From the NCBI GenBank assembly GCA_004321885.1, contig SCQK01000007.1:32001-96000 (forward strand): a DNA stretch of 64,000 nt. The letters are read 5' to 3'. The position numbers and the translations under genes were made by a program. Under the pieces are notes generated by a model, which saw nothing but the letters and a program-made list of their open reading frames with translations, was not told where the DNA came from and did no database searches. The stretch comes from Patescibacteria group bacterium (GTDB lineage Bacteria; Patescibacteriota; Patescibacteriia; Magasanikbacterales; GWA2-37-8). Positions 40,876 to 49,801 of the stretch are shown here, one piece after another (positions within the stretch are counted from its first letter, which is position 1; each line of letters starts with the position of its first letter).

Positions 40876-42747
40876 TCACTGATTTTCTTTTTCAAATTCT
40901 TTTTTGGCCGCTTCAATGTCCAGCAACTGCTGGGGATTGGTGGTCACAATCTGGTCTTCGGTGTAGGAGGCCACCACTTTAATGGCCGCGTGCTTGTTGC
41001 CGGCGAAAAAAATCCCCTCACCCACAGCGCTTTCCAAAAGCAGATATTTTTCGCCCTCGGTTAAAATAAACACTTTTTGCACCAAATCAATGGCCGCCGG
41101 CGACTGACGCAACAAAAGTTGCAGGGCCGAGTTCGTCACAATCGCCTGACCGTATTGCGAGCGCAAAAAATCATTCACATCCTGCGTGATGGTGGTAACG
41201 CCCAAAAAATATTTGCGGCAGCGCTTGACCAGGGCGAAAATAAAGCGAGCGCTGTCCTCGTGCTGCATCAGCCACCAGGCCTCGTCTATGGCCAGAATCC
41301 TTTTCTTGCGCTCCGAACGCACAACGTTCCAAATATAGTTGACGATGGCGTAAATGGCCAGGGGGCGCAACTCGTCTTCCAAATCGCGCACCGAAAAAAC
41401 CACCAGCTGATTTTTCACGTCCACGTTGGTGGGCGAATTAAACAGACCGCTAAACGTGCCCTCGGTAAATTTTTTCAATTTCAAGACCAGCTCGTTTGAC
41501 CCTTCCATGCCCTCCAAAATTTCCTCCAAATCCTGCATAATGGGCGGCGTCACCTTGGTCAAATCCGCGTCCGGCGTGATATCTTTTTTGGCGTAAGTTT
41601 CTATGAGCGCGCGGTCAATGATGGAATCCTGCTCGGTGGTAAGCCCGCCCAGCATGATGCGCAACAGCCCCTTCACGGTAATGACCGCCCCGCGGATAAT
41701 ATCATCCACGGAAATTTCCTGACCCACGGGCCGCGGCAAATCAAAGGGGTTCACCTTGCTTTCCGAAGATAAAGAAATATTTATATAGGTGCCGCCCACG
41801 GCATCGCACAAATGCTTGTATTCCATTTCCGGGTCAATCACGATAATGTCCGTGCCCATCATCATGGTGCGCAAAATTTCCAGCTTGATGGCATAACTCT
41901 TGCCGGCGCCGGAAGTGGCGAACACCACCATATTGGCGTTTTGCAAAGAAAAGCGGTCAAACAAAATCAGGCTATTGTTGTGTCGGTTGATGCCGTACAA
42001 GATACCGTCATCCGAGGTGAGCTCGGCGGAAATAAACGGAAAACTGGCCGCGATGGGGCTGGAGTTCATGTTGAAAGCGACCGCGATTTCATCGTTGCAT
42101 AAGGGCAGGGTGGAATTAAAACCCTGCTCGGACTGATAAAAAACCTTGCGCGAATAAATGAGCTTGCCGCCAAAAACATTTTCAATGTCTTCGCAGGTCT
42201 GGTCCAGCTCTTCTTTGGTTTTGGCGTAAACCGTAACATAAAACGCAAACTGAAAAAAATGCTCGGTGCCCTGGGTGAGATTGTCGCGCAGTTCTTCTAT
42301 GTCGCGCAGGGCGGTTTCGCGAATCGGGTCGCGCGGCGCGCCTTTTTCCGCGTCGGCGTTTATCTGCGCTTCCAGGGCGCCGACTTTATTGCGCAACTGC
42401 TTCAAAATTATAGCTGACTTGACCGGATAAAAAAACATGCCGATGTCCATGGTCACGGACATATTAAGAATGGGCGAACTCCAGCCCACCGAAATATAGC
42501 GCGGATAGGTGATGACAAAAATGGTGCGGCAAAAAATATCGCCCAGCTTCACGAAGCCGGTCTCCACGTTGAAAGCCGAGGGCGCGATGATGTCCTTAAT
42601 GGAAACCGTGCCCTCGCGATAAGCCCGCTCTTCGGCCAAAATCATGGTCTCGGCCGCGGCTTTCTTTTTTACCGCCTCTTCTTCTTTGCGCAGGCGGCTC
42701 TCGTCGGGCTGGCCGGTTGGTTTTACGATTTTTGGTGCAAAAGCCAT
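40876..42747 (-). CDS. virB4: VirB4/TrbE-family type IV secretion ATPase.
   Basis: Walker A VVFATSGAGKSY, with DUF87-like architecture. Confidence 0.75.
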   Translation of the reverse strand: MAFAPKIVKPTGQPDESRLRKEEEAVKKKAAAETMILAEERAYREGTVSIKDIIAPSAFNVETGFVKLGDIFCRTIFVITYPRYISVGWSSPILNMSVTMDIGMFFYPVKSAIILKQLRNKVGALEAQINADAEKGAPRDPIRETALRDIEELRDNLTQGTEHFFQFAFYVTVYAKTKEELDQTCEDIENVFGGKLIYSRKVFYQSEQGFNSTLPLCNDEIAVAFNMNSSPIAASFPFISAELTSDDGILYGINRHNNSLILFDRFSLQNANMVVFATSGAGKSYAIKLEILRTMMMGTDIIVIDPEMEYKHLCDAVGGTYINISLSSESKVNPFDLPRPVGQEISVDDIIRGAVITVKGLLRIMLGGLTTEQDSIIDRALIETYAKKDITPDADLTKVTPPIMQDLEEILEGMEGSNELVLKLKKFTEGTFSGLFNSPTNVDVKNQLVVFSVRDLEDELRPLAIYAIVNYIWNVVRSERKKRILAIDEAWWLMQHEDSARFIFALVKRCRKYFLGVTTITQDVNDFLRSQYGQAIVTNSALQLLLRQSPAAIDLVQKVFILTEGEKYLLLESAVGEGIFFAGNKHAAIKVVASYTEDQIVTTNPQQLLDIEAAKKEFEKENQ

Positions 42748-42752
42748 AGGTA

Positions 42753-43433
42753 TTATTCTACCTGCATCTGATTCGCCGGCGCCAGGTATTGGCTAAACGC
42801 CACGTCCGGATTATACGTTGAATAAAATAATTCTATCAGGGATTGCGTGTCCAGGCGCGCCACTTCCAGGTTCATTGAAGCCAAACCCCCTTCCACCTGG
42901 CGCACGCGCGCGTCTAAATCTTTTTTTCTCTGCAAAAACCGGTCTTCTTTGAGAGTGATGATAGTAGCCGGATTAATCGTCTCCATCGCGCGCGGCCAAA
43001 AGCCGCGTTTTTTGTTAGAAAGCGGGTCGTAGGGCACAATCACGAAAAACTGTTTGCTCATGATTTTGCCGAGCGACACCAGCTCGGTGATAAACGAGCG
43101 GTAATCGGCCGTCTGCGCGCGTAAAAGCTCGTTGCTTTGCTCGCGCTCTTTGGTTAGTAATTTTTCCAGATAGGGCTTGATATATAACTGACGCGATTGC
43201 ACCACCACCTGCAGGGGAAAATCCAGGGAGTTCAAAAAAGAAACATACGACGACACCAGCGCGTTTTGCTCTTCCTCGCTTTTGAGCGCGAAATTAACGC
43301 TGGAAACCATCAGCAGGGCGCGCAGGGTGCCGTCTTTCATGACAACAGTGTCTGATTTGATTTCAGAAAAAGGCAGATGATTCTGCGCGGACGGAATAGC
43401 TCTTTTTTTGGCCAGCGTTTTTTTATTTTGCAT
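42753..43433 (-). CDS. Hypothetical protein immediately upstream of VirB4 (possibly a split VirB4 N-terminal domain or a T4SS accessory protein).
   Basis: A 226 aa ORF tightly coupled to virB4. Confidence 0.4.
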   Translation of the reverse strand: MQNKKTLAKKRAIPSAQNHLPFSEIKSDTVVMKDGTLRALLMVSSVNFALKSEEEQNALVSSYVSFLNSLDFPLQVVVQSRQLYIKPYLEKLLTKEREQSNELLRAQTADYRSFITELVSLGKIMSKQFFVIVPYDPLSNKKRGFWPRAMETINPATIITLKEDRFLQRKKDLDARVRQVEGGLASMNLEVARLDTQSLIELFYSTYNPDVAFSQYLAPANQMQVE

Positions 43434-43441
43434 ATGTTTTT

Positions 43442-43476
43442 CCCTCCCCTTGCGAAGGGGAGGGTTAGGGAGGGGT
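43442..43476. repeat. GGGGAGGG-family palindromic element (intergenic).
   Basis: ccctccccttgcgaaggggagggttagggagggg. Confidence 0.6.
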
Positions 43477-43477
43477 C

Positions 43478-43906
43478 TTACTCGGGTTTGTAATATCCCC
43501 CGGTATTCACAATCAAAGACAAATCCCTGATTCTGTTATACGACAATCGCGGCATGGCCTTGGCCGCTTCTTCTATTTTTTTCTCCGCGTTCGCTTCGCG
43601 CAATTTTTTCAAATCGGCGTTGGAATATTTTTTCTGCCAGATGCGCAGGCTGGGCCGGCGCGCGGTGCCGGCGATATTTAGGATAAAATAATGAAACGGC
43701 TGGCCGTTGATTTTGACAAAAGCGAAGGTCAGCGACAAGCCGCCGAAAAGCGCGGTGAGGAAAATAAACAAAGCCATGTCGGCCAATTTGAAAGACAAAA
43801 ATATCAACAGACTGCCTGCGAGCAAAATGATAAACTGCCTGGTGGTGATGGGCCCAAAAATTTTGTCTTCCACGTCTATGAATTGCGGCACCGTGAATTG
43901 ATCCAT
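43478..43906 (-). CDS. PrgI/VirB3-like small membrane protein of conjugative type IV secretion systems.
   Basis: MDQFTVPQFIDVEDKIFGPITTRQFIILLAG followed by two TM helices resembles PrgI-family proteins. Confidence 0.55.
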   Translation of the reverse strand: MDQFTVPQFIDVEDKIFGPITTRQFIILLAGSLLIFLSFKLADMALFIFLTALFGGLSLTFAFVKINGQPFHYFILNIAGTARRPSLRIWQKKYSNADLKKLREANAEKKIEEAAKAMPRLSYNRIRDLSLIVNTGGYYKPE

Positions 43907-43907
43907 A

Positions 43908-45038
43908 CTATAATTCTTTCTCCATCGCCACTATCGCTTTTATTTCTTCTATCTTTATCCCGCCTTTTTCCGTCGCTGTCTGCGCCAGGGTTTTTCTGTC
44001 GGCCAACGCGCCGCACACCGCGTCCATGTATTCCAAATAAAGAGGGCTCTGTTTCCAGGCGGCCTGCGCGTCCATATATAATAGGTAGGATTCGTCGCGC
44101 AGGTTGATGAATTTTTGTTTCAGGCGCTGGCCCGCCTCGGCGCAGTTTTGCGCCAAACGGCGAAAATCCGTCAGACTAATATATTTTACCTCATCTATGG
44201 GTCCCATTTCAACAGGCGGAGCGGAAATATCCCGCATGCTCTGTTTTACCGGCGCGCTTCCTAACTTGAACGACGAGGATTGTGTAGCCCCCTCCCCTCT
44301 TAGGGAAACCGTCATCTTCCCCTCCCCTTGATAAGGGGAGGGCTCGCCACCACACCAAAATTTTTGGTGTGGTGGCGAGGGAGGGGCAGTCGCAACCGGC
44401 TTCTCTTCAGGCGCCAAAAGCGCGTGCAAAAGCTCGTTGGCTTTTTTCTTGCTCTCGGGCACAGTTGGTCCCCCCCCTCCTTTAGAAGGAGGGGGCAAGG
44501 GGGTGGTCTTGACCTTTTCTGAATGTTCAAACGGGTTAAACGGAGTTGCTGTCGCCGGCAACAATACCTCTTCGCACGCTCCCGCCGCTTTCTCGGCCTG
44601 ATTGGCCGTAAAACCCATGCCACCGTCTTTTATGGAACGCAATAAAATATTTTTCGTTTCTTCGGGCGAGCGCACGTCTTTGAGGCGCAACTGAATAATA
44701 CTGCGCAAGCGATTGATAAAGTTGGGCGGCACTGGAAAATTTATTTTTTTGAGCGCCTGGTCCACCTGGCTTAGGCGCGGCTCGCTCAATTTCGGCGCGT
44801 CGCCCTTGGCCGGCGCCGGCTCTTCCAAAGGCGACCGAAAATCATTATTCGCTTTCTTCGTTCCCATCATCGGCGCCGTGGGATACGGCGGTCGTTTTGG
44901 CGCTACTTTCACTCCCTCCCCTTTTAGGGGAGGGGCAGGGAGTGGGGTATTGTGCGCCGCTTGTCTTACCTGCGACAAAGGCATGCGCACAAAACTGCCG
45001 TCGGCCTTTTTTACCAAAATTGTTGGTTCGTTTGGCAT
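43908..45038 (-). CDS. Proline-rich hypothetical protein carrying at least four in-frame palindromic-element insertions.
   Basis: Translated elements: PLPAPPLKGEGVKV, PLPPPSKGGGGPT and SPPHQKFWCGGEPSPYQGEG. The ORF extends to 45101 through a further element. Confidence 0.45.
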   Translation of the reverse strand: MPNEPTILVKKADGSFVRMPLSQVRQAAHNTPLPAPPLKGEGVKVAPKRPPYPTAPMMGTKKANNDFRSPLEEPAPAKGDAPKLSEPRLSQVDQALKKINFPVPPNFINRLRSIIQLRLKDVRSPEETKNILLRSIKDGGMGFTANQAEKAAGACEEVLLPATATPFNPFEHSEKVKTTPLPPPSKGGGGPTVPESKKKANELLHALLAPEEKPVATAPPSPPHQKFWCGGEPSPYQGEGKMTVSLRGEGATQSSSFKLGSAPVKQSMRDISAPPVEMGPIDEVKYISLTDFRRLAQNCAEAGQRLKQKFINLRDESYLLYMDAQAAWKQSPLYLEYMDAVCGALADRKTLAQTATEKGGIKIEEIKAIVAMEKEL

Positions 45039-45093
45039 ATTATTTACCCCTGCCTCCCTCCCCCTTAAATAAAGGGGGGGACAGGAGGGGGTA

Positions 45094-46425
45094 TTATTCA
45101 CTAACTAATTTTAAGTCTTTCGCCACCTGCGCGGCCAAGGATTCCACGCTGTCAAATTTTTTGGGCAGGCGCAAATAACGTTCGGTGCGCGCTTCTATTT
45201 TTTTTCCATACAAATCGCCCGCAAAATTCAAAACATGAACTTCCAGGCAGTCTTTTTTTGTTAAAGAATTATATCCATAATATAGCAAGCCGGAATACCC
45301 CTTCCCCTGCCCCTCCCCTAAAAGGGGAGGGTGGCTATCGGTGGTTCCTCCCCTTTTTAGGGGGAGGACAAAGGAGGGGGTATTCGCAATGAAAGCGACG
45401 GAGCACGTATACAATCCCCTGGGCAAATTTTTGGCCAGCGCCACGTCCAAGTTGGCCGTGTGAATCCCTACTTTATCCCCTTGTCCATAGCCGGGCAAAA
45501 CCGCGCCGGCCACCACGCGCGAACGGTGTAAAAACACAATTCTGGTTACGGCCGCCGCCAGCGCCGCCGCTCCCAAAATTTGCGTGGCCGATAACGCGTT
45601 GCCATTTAAATAATAATCCAAAATAATGGCGGACACGGGCCAGGACAGCTCGCACAAAGTCGCCACCGAAGCGGTGATTTTTTTCAGGCCGAAATAGTAC
45701 AAAAACATGGCCGCGGCTCCGGATGTAAAAACTATAATGATTAAAGTCGTCCACTGGGCCGCGCCCACCGACGGCAGAGAGGAAAAATAGCGCGCCGCCG
45801 GAATCGCCATAATCAAAACCGTGAGCCCAAAGCGCAAAGCCGCCAGCAGGCCATAGCTGATATTTTTTAGGGAATATTTTCCAAAGGTGGTGGCCGAACC
45901 CCAGGCAAACGCGGCCAGCATGGAAAAACCGGCGGCAATGGGAACAGCCGACATCGCGCTAGAAACCGCGAACGGATTTTTGAAAGTAACAAAATATCCC
46001 GCGACCAGCGCGAGCGGGGCGTAAAAATAAAACGAGCGCGGAAATCGCTCGCGTAAAAATATGGCGGCCAAGATAATCGCGAAAATCGGCTGAAATTTTT
46101 GCAAAAGAATCACTACGGAAATATCTTTGAAGCCCGTGGCAAACAAGGCCTTGGTGATAAAAATCGTGCCCAAAGCCCCGCCAAACAAGGCCACCCAAAA
46201 AATTGCGACCCACTCTTTGCGTTTTATCAGTTTTAACTGGGCGCGGTAAACAACCAAAAACGGCAACAAGGCGACAAAACCGAGCAGGTGCTCCAAAAAC
46301 ACCAGCAAGGCCGGTTGCAAGGAATACAAACGGGGTCGCAAAAAAGTGCCGTCCAAACTCCACAGCAGAGCGGCCAGCGCCACGGCCATTGCCCCGATAA
46401 TCACGCTATTTTTTTTCATAATCAT
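45094..46425 (-). CDS. Putative fusion of an EamA/DMT-family 10-TM transporter with a C-terminal riboflavin kinase domain. The kinase domain carries an in-frame palindromic insertion.
   Basis: About 300 aa of paired EamA-like TM repeats, then GQGDKVGIHTANL...GLYTCSV..EVHVLNFAGDLYGKKIEARTERYLR (RFK motifs). The element at 45298-45385 encodes ..TTDSHPPLLGEGQGKGYSGL... Confidence 0.55.
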   Translation of the reverse strand: MIMKKNSVIIGAMAVALAALLWSLDGTFLRPRLYSLQPALLVFLEHLLGFVALLPFLVVYRAQLKLIKRKEWVAIFWVALFGGALGTIFITKALFATGFKDISVVILLQKFQPIFAIILAAIFLRERFPRSFYFYAPLALVAGYFVTFKNPFAVSSAMSAVPIAAGFSMLAAFAWGSATTFGKYSLKNISYGLLAALRFGLTVLIMAIPAARYFSSLPSVGAAQWTTLIIIVFTSGAAAMFLYYFGLKKITASVATLCELSWPVSAIILDYYLNGNALSATQILGAAALAAAVTRIVFLHRSRVVAGAVLPGYGQGDKVGIHTANLDVALAKNLPRGLYTCSVAFIANTPSFVLPLKRGGTTDSHPPLLGEGQGKGYSGLLYYGYNSLTKKDCLEVHVLNFAGDLYGKKIEARTERYLRLPKKFDSVESLAAQVAKDLKLVSE

Positions 46426-46481
46426 TTGTCATGCTGAACCACCAGCTGGCGGTTGTTTCAGCATCTTCGCTTTCTTCGTCA

Positions 46482-46593
46482 CCCCACTGTCATTCCGAGC
46501 GGAGCGAGGAATCCCTTATACTACGTTAACAGTTTCTATATCCCCCTTCTTCAAATGCAACACAATCGCCAGCGCCTCGCACAGCCACGAGGC
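46482..46593. repeat. 112 bp direct repeat (copy 1). It includes a MITE-like hairpin and a duplicated 3' gene tail.
   Basis: About 90 percent identical to 47237-47348. On the minus strand it encodes ..EALAIVLHLKKGDIETVNVV with a stop, as a remnant. Confidence 0.75.
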
Positions 46594-46723
46594 GCGTTGT
46601 CTCACACATTAATAATGATTGTGAATAAAAACTGTGGACAAAACGCCTTGACAAAAAACTCTTTTCTTGATATATTAGATTCGGATAGTAACGATGAAAA
46701 GACCCTCGTAAGAAGATACGTGC

Positions 46724-47218
46724 TTACGGGGTGCTTTTTTTATACTCAACTTTATTCCTCAAATCACTAACAAAACTAATTTTGCCGCCGGCCACTTTCC
46801 GCAATAAGTACGAGCAACTGGACGGCGCGGGCGCGATCAAGTGGCAAAACTTATTTTGTTTTCGCAAATAGTCAACTAAACAATGAAAATCACCATCGCC
46901 GCTGACAATTACGGCCTGATCATAATTCTGATATTCTATCATCGTGTGTAAAACCAATTCGGCGTCACAATTCCCTTTTACTTCACCGTCTTTCAATATT
47001 AGAGTTGGTTTAAATATCAAAATGTAACCAACCTCCTGAAGAAATTTATACAACTCCTCATTGCCAAATAAAAAACCAATGAACATAAACGCCTTCGCGA
47101 CGCTATATTTGTCTTTCAAATACCTGCGAAAACGAAAATAATCCAGCTTCCAACCAATGCGCTGCATACTGAAATATAGATTCTGACTGTCTATAAACGC
47201 GAAATTGTTTTCTTTCAT
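46724..47218 (-). CDS. NYN-domain (PIN-like, LabA-type) protein.
   Basis: AFIDSQNLY, DAELVLHTM and VIVSGDGDFHCLV motifs. Confidence 0.65.
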   Translation of the reverse strand: MKENNFAFIDSQNLYFSMQRIGWKLDYFRFRRYLKDKYSVAKAFMFIGFLFGNEELYKFLQEVGYILIFKPTLILKDGEVKGNCDAELVLHTMIEYQNYDQAVIVSGDGDFHCLVDYLRKQNKFCHLIAPAPSSCSYLLRKVAGGKISFVSDLRNKVEYKKSTP

Positions 47219-47236
47219 ACTTCGTTTCCCTCCCCG

Positions 47237-47348
47237 CCCCACTGTCATTCTGAGCGGAGCGAGGAATCCCTTACACTACGTTAACAGTTTCTATATCCCC
47301 TTTTTTCAAATGCAACACTATCGCCAGCGCCTCGCGCAGCCAAGAGGC
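47237..47348. repeat. 112 bp direct repeat (copy 2), overlapping the authentic 3' end of the gene 47271-48254.
   Basis: See copy 1. Confidence 0.75.
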
Positions 47349-48254
47349 ATAAGCCTCGCGCTCCTCTTGTCCGCGATAAATATTCTGCAAGAATTTTTCC
47401 GCCTCCAAAATTGCCGTGTCCTGATTGTAGCCACGGCCGGAAAAATCTTTGAGCAAAACCGATAATTTTCTGCTTTCATCTCCGGCATCGCTCGTCGGCA
47501 CGCTCTCGTTGCTTTGCTCCAACGATTGTATGATGTTCCGGCTCATGGCGTCAAAATCCGCGTCGCTCTTGCCGCCCAAAAATTCCCCCAGATAAAATCG
47601 CGCCGGCACGCCGGTCACGATGGCGCTATAAAAATAATTCTGCAATAAAAATTGTCTTTCATTCGCGCCAAACTGGCCAAACATCTTCCACACCGCCTGC
47701 AAGAGCATGGAAAAAATAAAAGCGTCATCCCAAAAATATTGTTTTTTAATATCTTCTGATTTCGAAACAGCGGGTAGTGTGCGCACAAACATTTCGCCGA
47801 TTTCTTTATCCGCGCCATTTCGCAAAAAATCCCCGAGCGTCGCCACAAAAACCAAATCATTATAAAATCCGCCTTCGCCTTTCAAAATAATTTTCAATTC
47901 TTCTTTTTCGTATGGCTTGACGCCAGCGCCCAAACCCAGAGCCGCTGAAATAAACGATAGCTGTAGCGCCAATGCGCCGGCGATTTCGCTATCGTCTGGC
48001 TTATCCATAAATTCGGCGACCAATTCGGAATCCAAAAACAAAATTATTTCTTTTTCAATCACGTCCATTGCTCCGGATAACTCTTCCTTAGTCGCTCGCG
48101 CGCCAATTTGCGAAGCGTAATCAAACATTTTCTCGTTTGCGCCCTTGGCAATCAAATCCGCTTTGGCTTTTTCCAATTCCAAAAACGCCTCGCGAACATC
48201 CTGCCACGAACACCTTCTAAACTCGCATACTTTGCGCCTGCCGAGGGTGAACAT
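47271..48254 (-). CDS. Hypothetical protein.
   Basis: A 327 aa ORF with no recognisable domain. Confidence 0.45.
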   Translation of the reverse strand: MFTLGRRKVCEFRRCSWQDVREAFLELEKAKADLIAKGANEKMFDYASQIGARATKEELSGAMDVIEKEIILFLDSELVAEFMDKPDDSEIAGALALQLSFISAALGLGAGVKPYEKEELKIILKGEGGFYNDLVFVATLGDFLRNGADKEIGEMFVRTLPAVSKSEDIKKQYFWDDAFIFSMLLQAVWKMFGQFGANERQFLLQNYFYSAIVTGVPARFYLGEFLGGKSDADFDAMSRNIIQSLEQSNESVPTSDAGDESRKLSVLLKDFSGRGYNQDTAILEAEKFLQNIYRGQEEREAYASWLREALAIVLHLKKGDIETVNVV

Positions 48255-48263
48255 AAAGCAATT

Positions 48264-48578
48264 TTATTCCTCTCCTTCGTCAGATTTATCAAAAAAATTT
48301 TCAACCAACTCTGACAAATCAAGACGCCTTCTTTCTTCTGCACTCTTTTTATTAAATTCTAAAACAGAATGCAAATCTTGTTGTTGCCTTGATGTCAAAT
48401 TTCGACTCTCCAGTTCTTTAACGACCAGTTCCGTCGGCGCCTTCAAATTATCATATATGTATCTTTCATTACTATTCGGGGCTACACGCGCGCATAACAT
48501 TCTAAAAACATCCTTAGTTGTATTTTTTTTGAGCTCTGATTTAAAATACCCTTCATTTTCTTTTGTATCGATAGTCAT
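48264..48578 (-). CDS. Small acidic hypothetical protein.
   Basis: A 104 aa ORF. Confidence 0.35.
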   Translation of the reverse strand: MTIDTKENEGYFKSELKKNTTKDVFRMLCARVAPNSNERYIYDNLKAPTELVVKELESRNLTSRQQQDLHSVLEFNKKSAEERRRLDLSELVENFFDKSDEGEE

Positions 48579-48600
48579 AATTATTTTTCATCTATAACTT

Positions 48601-49794
48601 TCAAGCAAGTGGTTGCGCGAAATTACTAAAAATAAAATCTTTCTTCTTTTCGTCAAAATATAATAATGGCTCTCCGGATTTATAATAATCCATATAAATA
48701 TCATTCACTTGCAGCAAATTTGAAAATAAAGGTTCGCTGTGGTAATCCGTTCCGTCCAATTTAATAACGGATTTAATGTAGGCCGCCGCCTGTTCGGCTG
48801 ACACCTTCGCGAACCATTTCTTTAAATTCCGCGTGTCTTCATCCGTAAGGGGAACATGCAAAATGGCATACGTTATGTCCGCAGTCAGATTTGATTTTGT
48901 TATATCAATGTTATTTATGTCAATCCCAATAATGCTTCCGTTCATTATATGCAAATATAACTTCAAGATAATTCCGATTATCAGGCCGTCCGCTTCGCTG
49001 GTCAAATTAAAATATTTATCATTACTCAAAAAATCTAAAAGTTGCATTTCGTTCAAATCCGACTGTGCAAAATTAACAAAGATGGTAATCCAAAAATGAA
49101 TCGTATATAAATCCATTTCATTCTGCGGACCGATTATTGTCTGATTGTCCAACAGAAAACCAGCTAATTCCAAACTGCGTTTGGTTCGAACATCAAACAA
49201 ACTGGAGTCGCTCTTAAGCATGTCCGCCAAAATCGCTTCAATATCAAACCCGATTTCAATCGCCAAGACGATCAAACTGCTATGTAAAAAATAATCTTGT
49301 TCCGTAGAATTAAGCCGGCCAAAAAAATAACAGCATAAAACGACATAAATCCGCCGCAAGAACGCGGCCAGTTCCGCATCTATTCCTTCAAAAAATAACC
49401 CGGCTGCGGAATTTTTTGCCAGCTGGCGTAATAAAATCAAAACCTCATTCTGCTTGCCGAAATTTATCGCTACATAAACCGTGCGAATTAATTTATCGCG
49501 CTGAAGCGAATCCTTCGTGTCGGTCGGTTTGAATTTTTTTATTTCTTCCAATGTCAATTCACCGACCGCGGGATTTCGGCCGCGCATTGTTTTTACCAGA
49601 TTTTCACAATCGCCAAAATTTTCCTTTTTCGTCGTGGAGGTCAGCGGATAAAACTGATACGCCAAAGCTTCTTCCCAGGGAAGTAAATCAAAACCTTTGA
49701 TTAGTTGCTCAAATTCGCTCTTGTCTTTCGCTGAAATATTAAGCAAACTAACAAAGGAAGACAGCGTAAAATTTTCTCTGACAATTTTAGCCAT
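48601..49794 (-). CDS. Hypothetical protein.
   Basis: A 397 aa ORF. Confidence 0.45.
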   Translation of the reverse strand: MAKIVRENFTLSSFVSLLNISAKDKSEFEQLIKGFDLLPWEEALAYQFYPLTSTTKKENFGDCENLVKTMRGRNPAVGELTLEEIKKFKPTDTKDSLQRDKLIRTVYVAINFGKQNEVLILLRQLAKNSAAGLFFEGIDAELAAFLRRIYVVLCCYFFGRLNSTEQDYFLHSSLIVLAIEIGFDIEAILADMLKSDSSLFDVRTKRSLELAGFLLDNQTIIGPQNEMDLYTIHFWITIFVNFAQSDLNEMQLLDFLSNDKYFNLTSEADGLIIGIILKLYLHIMNGSIIGIDINNIDITKSNLTADITYAILHVPLTDEDTRNLKKWFAKVSAEQAAAYIKSVIKLDGTDYHSEPLFSNLLQVNDIYMDYYKSGEPLLYFDEKKKDFIFSNFAQPLA

Positions 49795-49801
49795 AAATTA
49801 A

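Noticed and set aside
42753-43433. Calling this ORF a specific T4SS component (VirB8 or VirB4 N-terminal domain).
   Set aside because: Only positional evidence is available, with no diagnostic motif. It is left as hypothetical.
15017-45385. The possibility that the recurring GGGGAGGG or CCCGACTAAGTCGGG repeats form a CRISPR array.
   Set aside because: The copies are dispersed, not regularly spaced, differ in length and orientation, are often palindromic, and lie inside genes. No cas genes are present.
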